NCBI GenBank assembly: GCA_037127815.1 | Contig: JBAXXP010000004.1 | Coordinates: 4,647-68,646, forward strand | Source: a bacterium | Lineage (GTDB): Bacteria > Patescibacteriota > Minisyncoccia > Phycocordibacterales > CAIZLB01 | Length of the DNA stretch: 64,000 bases | Reading direction: 5' to 3' | Shown: one piece after another, positions 59,847 through 64,000 of the stretch | Numbering within the stretch: position 1 is the stretch's first letter | How the letters are laid out: each line of letters starts with the position of its first letter | Made by a program: the position numbers and the translations under genes | Notes under the pieces: generated by a model | Seen by the model: only the letters and a program-made list of their open reading frames with translations | What the model was told of the DNA's origin: nothing | Database searches by the model: none

Positions 59847-60443
59847 ATGAATATATTTTTACTGATTGATGGTGAGAATTTGAAAGGAAAAATTAAAGCT
59901 ATTTTTAAGGAAAATGGTAAAGAAAAACCCGTCTGGCATGAGTATGATTTTAGGGGCCTGTTTGATAAAGTGCTTGGAGGTATGACTGTTGGCCGCAGTA
60001 TCTTTTATTTCGCTCGTATTAAGGAGCATAAGGAAAGTATGCATAAATCTAAGGAATTGATTGAAGAGCAACGCCAACTTAAGACACATCTTGAAAAACA
60101 AGGATTTGAAGTTATTTTGAGTGGGCAGGTTAGAGGTCATATGGAGACTAGTAGAGATGGTAAGCAGGCACTGATATTTAAGGAGAAGGGTGTAGATGTA
60201 AAATTGGCTGTTGATATGGTAAGTCTTTCTTGTGACAAGAAAGTTGATGAAATAATCCTTGGTAGCTCAGACTCTGACCTGCAACCAGCCATAAAAGAGG
60301 TTCGTGATAGAAATATAGGTTGCATATACTTAGGGTTTGAAGCAAAACCAAACAAGGGTATTTCCTACAATTCGAATAGAACAATTCTTATAAGAGACTC
60401 TGAAGTCTTTGATTTTGAAAGAATTCAACAAAAACTTGTATAG
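59847..60443 (+). CDS. NYN domain predicted RNase (different subfamily)
   Basis: IDGEN, EKGVDVKLAVD, SSDSDLQPA. Confidence 0.9.
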   Translation: MNIFLLIDGENLKGKIKAIFKENGKEKPVWHEYDFRGLFDKVLGGMTVGRSIFYFARIKEHKESMHKSKELIEEQRQLKTHLEKQGFEVILSGQVRGHMETSRDGKQALIFKEKGVDVKLAVDMVSLSCDKKVDEIILGSSDSDLQPAIKEVRDRNIGCIYLGFEAKPNKGISYNSNRTILIRDSEVFDFERIQQKLV

Positions 60444-60759
60444 CCTATTTTGTTAGAGATGATCCATCTCACGTTTATAAAAATTTGCTTTTATGGAATA
60501 AGGTTGTATAGTTTGGGCAGTTTTAGCACCTTGAGAGGTTGGTGTTTTGCTACAGCACAGAGAAACCTTTCCTATTTGCCGTTGCCTTCTATTTTGTTGG
60601 AGGTTGATGGAAGTGATATAAGGTTTTTGTGTGCTGTGGCAAAAGGGTGAAAGATTCCTAAATTTGTCTTGGGGAACAATCGGTAGAAAAATCGAAGATT
60701 GAAACTCACAGCTTATAATGAATAGACAACCAAACAATAATAATTGAAAGGACAACTAT

Positions 60760-61536
60760 ATGGCTACCAAAAAACAACCTCAGCATGTTGCTGCTGGTTT
60801 TGTGAAAGAGCAGGATGGTTTTGAAGGTCTCGGAACTAGTGATGCCCAATGGGCAATTCAAAACCCTGAAATGGCCGTAGCACTTGCTGTCGAGGCAATC
60901 AGGTCGCGTCACAATACCTGCCCACCAAGAATTCTTCTTAGACAAAAGGAAATGACTTTTGTTCCTCGTGGTGTTTTTACAATCCAAACTGGAGGAAGTT
61001 CAGCTATCGAATTGCATGCGCAGGCAATGGAGAGGAAGATGAATGATGGCAATAAAGAGGCTATTGATATGATCCAAAAGATAGGCATTGTGATGGAAAG
61101 GCCTCAATTCACTACCTTTGTCGTGCTTTCTTTATCTGACTTGTCCAATGCTGATAGGGACAAGAAAAGTAAACTCAAGTTTACGATTGAGAGAAGACAT
61201 ATTTTGAAAAAATCTTTTCTTGCGGATTGGAGTAAGGAACATCTTGATGGTCAGATTTTGGAATTATGTCACAAAGCAGACGGACCTCAAATATGTCTTC
61301 AGTATCAAGCAGGGCAGGCTCTGTCAGGCCAAACCCTTGATATTGTTATGGCTCAGGAGAATCCTATTTGCTTCACGGAGGAAGGTGCTATTAATCCATC
61401 TTACATTACGTTTCGACTTTTCTATTATCTATCAGGGGGAGTTCTTCTCTGTACGAATAAATATGGGGAAGAGTCTTTATTCAGTAGCGAAGCACTCGTC
61501 ATGCTTCGCCTTCGGGAAATGACTCCTGAGGATTAG
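60760..61536 (+). CDS. Hypothetical protein (ORFan)
   Basis: 258-aa ORF, A/C-rich leader, GC-rich terminator near 61567-61600. Confidence 0.75.
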   Translation: MATKKQPQHVAAGFVKEQDGFEGLGTSDAQWAIQNPEMAVALAVEAIRSRHNTCPPRILLRQKEMTFVPRGVFTIQTGGSSAIELHAQAMERKMNDGNKEAIDMIQKIGIVMERPQFTTFVVLSLSDLSNADRDKKSKLKFTIERRHILKKSFLADWSKEHLDGQILELCHKADGPQICLQYQAGQALSGQTLDIVMAQENPICFTEEGAINPSYITFRLFYYLSGGVLLCTNKYGEESLFSSEALVMLRLREMTPED

Positions 61537-61656
61537 TTTGATCTTTGATGAAGTTCATCACCCCCCCCCCCGCACGCTCTAGCGCGTGCGGGGGATTTTT
61601 TGTAAATTTATATTTTGGAAATTTTCTCAAAAATTTGCTATAATATAAATCAAAAT

Positions 61657-63252
61657 ATGAACAAAATAATTAGTACTAACTTGAAAAGAATTTTAGATAG
61701 AACATGGCTGATTTTGAAATTAAAAAAAGTCTATGTTTCTCTATTAGTAATTATAATTGCATTTGTTGCTTATAAAGTTTTTTTTACAACAGCTACAACT
61801 GAAACTATTATTAAACTCGAGCCTAAGACCTTTGTTCAAGAGGTTTCTGTAACTGGAAAAGTTCAGGCCTCAAATAGTGTGGACATGGGTTTTGAAACAT
61901 CAGGTAGAATTTCTAAGGTTAATTCTAAGGTGGGAAGTATTGTTAAAAAGGGCGACGTTCTAGTATCTCTTGCTAACGGTGATGCATATGGAACCTTACT
62001 TCAACGTCAGGCAGATTTAGAAACTCAGCAAGCTAATTTAAGTGAATTACTGAGGGGTTCTCGTTCGGAGGATATCTCAATTGCAGAATCGGATTTGCAA
62101 TCCGCACAATCTTCATATGATCAAAATCTTCAGGCTATGGTTGATAAAATAAAAGAAGCCTATTCTGTTGCTGATGATACTGTCAGAACAAAAGTTGATC
62201 AGTTCTATAAGAATCCAAGAAGTGTGAATCCTGAGGTTATTTCCTTTAATGAAAATTATGGAGATAGTTATAATTTAAAACCTTCACTCAATGCCAAAAG
62301 ATTAAAAGTTGGAGAAAGTTTAGTTAATTTAAATTCTAGTATTTCATCTTTGAGTGTTTTAACAATGGATGCAAAATATATTAAGGAGACTAGGGACAGT
62401 CTTGCGTTAGTTAGAGGACTTCTTGATGATTTGTCTATGGTTGCTTCTGCTATTGACGTTAATGTTGGAACAACTCAAACTGTTATCGATGCTTATAAAG
62501 CTTCAGTATCTTCTGCAAGAGCATCGCTTAATGCAATTGTTGCAAGTCTGACACTTGTTGAACAAAATTATAATACAAGCAAAGCAAATCTTGATAGAGC
62601 AAGGCAACAACTCGCACTTAAAAAAGCTGGGTCAACAAATGAGCAAATTGCAGCAGGACGTGCTCGTGTGAAATCAGCCTCCGCACAAGTTGAAAGTGCT
62701 CAGGCAATTTTATCTAAGACTTTGATCGTTGCTCCATTTGATGGAATTGTTACAAAAATGGATGCAAAGGAAGGGGAGAGTACTGTTCTAAATACAACTT
62801 ATGTTTCTATGATAAGCGCTTCCAATTTTGAAGTTGAGAGTTATGTTTCAGAATCTGATATTGCAAAAGTTAAAGTTGGACAAACTGCGAGAATAACTCT
62901 TGATACTTATGGAAAGGATGTAATTTTCCCAGCTTCAGTTTATGAAGTTGATCCAGCTGAAACTGTTGTTGATGGAATAACTACTTACAAAATTAAACTA
63001 GCCTTTACTCAACCAGATGAGAGAGTTAAATCTGGAATGACTGCAAACATAACAATCGAAACATCAAATAAACCTGCGTCATTTGTAGTTCCACAGGGTG
63101 CACTATTTTTAGATGCTGGTGAAAAGATGATTACTGTTGATCAAGCTGGTGTTAGGGTAAATAAGAAAGTTGAAACTGGAGGATTGAATGCATCTGGCGA
63201 AATAGAAATTATTTCAGGCTTAATGGCAGGTGAAAGAGTTGTTGTTAAATAA
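61657..63252 (+). CDS. Efflux RND/ABC periplasmic adaptor (HlyD-like)
   Basis: VSVTGKV, SGRI..V..KVG..VKKGD, IVAPFDG, GMTANI. Confidence 0.92.
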   Translation: MNKIISTNLKRILDRTWLILKLKKVYVSLLVIIIAFVAYKVFFTTATTETIIKLEPKTFVQEVSVTGKVQASNSVDMGFETSGRISKVNSKVGSIVKKGDVLVSLANGDAYGTLLQRQADLETQQANLSELLRGSRSEDISIAESDLQSAQSSYDQNLQAMVDKIKEAYSVADDTVRTKVDQFYKNPRSVNPEVISFNENYGDSYNLKPSLNAKRLKVGESLVNLNSSISSLSVLTMDAKYIKETRDSLALVRGLLDDLSMVASAIDVNVGTTQTVIDAYKASVSSARASLNAIVASLTLVEQNYNTSKANLDRARQQLALKKAGSTNEQIAAGRARVKSASAQVESAQAILSKTLIVAPFDGIVTKMDAKEGESTVLNTTYVSMISASNFEVESYVSESDIAKVKVGQTARITLDTYGKDVIFPASVYEVDPAETVVDGITTYKIKLAFTQPDERVKSGMTANITIETSNKPASFVVPQGALFLDAGEKMITVDQAGVRVNKKVETGGLNASGEIEIISGLMAGERVVVK

Positions 63253-63253
63253 A

Positions 63254-64000
63254 ATGCTTCCAACAAAACAAAATTTAAATATTTGGCGAGTTGGTTTCTT
63301 CCTATCATATAGGCAAATTAAGCGTGCAAATATTTGGACTACTATTCTAATTGTTACTGTAATGGCTTTGACATTTTTGAACTTAGTAGTTGTCAACGGA
63401 GTTCTTGTTGGGCTTATTCAAGGTTCTGTTGAAGCGCATAGAACAAGAGGAACAGGAGATATTGCTATAACAAAACTTACTCAAAAAACTGAAATTGAAA
63501 ATACAACGGATATTCTAAATGTGTTAAGTAGTTTGCCCCAGGTAAAGGATGTGGCGACAAGATATACAGGGTCAGGCTCTATTAATGCGGACTATAGAAG
63601 AAAGTTAAGACAAGATGAAACTCCAAATAGAGTGGCTGGAACAATTGCAGGAATTGATCCGTTGAATGAGGACAAAATAAATGGACTTTCAAGATATATT
63701 GTAGAAGGATCATATCTACAAGAAAATGATACCGATGGAATAATTCTTGGTGCGACCTTGCTCTACAAATACACGCCAGTTGAATCAGCTGGTTTTCAAA
63801 CTTTAAAAAATATAAAGATTGGTGATAGGTTGAAAATTACTGTTGGTAAAAATTCTAAAGAAGTAATTTTGCGAGGAGTCATAAAGACAAAAGTTGATAC
63901 AAATGACTTTAGAATCTTCATGATTGAAAGTGAAGCCAAAAAACTTATTGGAAGAAATGACGTTAACGCAGATGAAATATTTGTAAAATTAAAAGATGGT
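63254..64000 (+). CDS. ABC transporter permease (FtsX/MacB-like), truncated by window edge
   Basis: ATG at 63254; N-terminal TM then periplasmic domain with IAGIDP, GIILGA. Confidence 0.85.
   Translation, partial: MLPTKQNLNIWRVGFFLSYRQIKRANIWTTILIVTVMALTFLNLVVVNGVLVGLIQGSVEAHRTRGTGDIAITKLTQKTEIENTTDILNVLSSLPQVKDVATRYTGSGSINADYRRKLRQDETPNRVAGTIAGIDPLNEDKINGLSRYIVEGSYLQENDTDGIILGATLLYKYTPVESAGFQTLKNIKIGDRLKITVGKNSKEVILRGVIKTKVDTNDFRIFMIESEAKKLIGRNDVNADEIFVKLKDG

Noticed and set aside
60450-60755. ORFs 60450..60650(+) and 60453..60755(-)
   Set aside because: Non-ATG starts and no recognisable motifs; more likely promoter and leader DNA of the 60760 gene.
61561-61571. Poly-C tract as a phase-variation switch
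   Set aside because: It is intergenic, downstream of a stop and part of a terminator stem; its length may also be a sequencing artefact.
1-64000. CRISPR array, cas genes, integrase, transposase, reverse transcriptase
   Set aside because: No regularly spaced repeat-spacer array and no ORF with the corresponding motifs was seen.

Overview
Low-GC bacterial chromosome segment whose gene content and order suggest a Patescibacteria (CPR, Parcubacteria-like) genome; this is an inference from murJ-lepA, valS, tsaD, ftsZ/ftsA/ybeY/rpsU, a degenerate HisS paralog, gyrA followed by a tandem pilin-like array, fmt-def-priA, mreB and typA. It holds about 60 CDS and 7 tRNAs. No rRNA, CRISPR array, integrase or transposase was seen. 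The most notable signal is four stand-alone predicted RNases (three NYN/LabA-DUF88 PIN-fold proteins, one PemK/MazF-fold) that lack a protein antitoxin. Each sits next to its own short promoter-hairpin-terminator unit, suggesting an RNase plus small-RNA module. Other signals: a three-copy structured repeat with variable covarying stems, tRNA 3'-end duplications enclosing hairpin-rich inserts, a REP-like palindrome, many self-contained ORFan cassettes with boxA-like leaders and T-loop hairpins, a leader-peptide attenuator ahead of an MFS pump, and an ORF-less transcription unit. All calls were made by eye without database searches.
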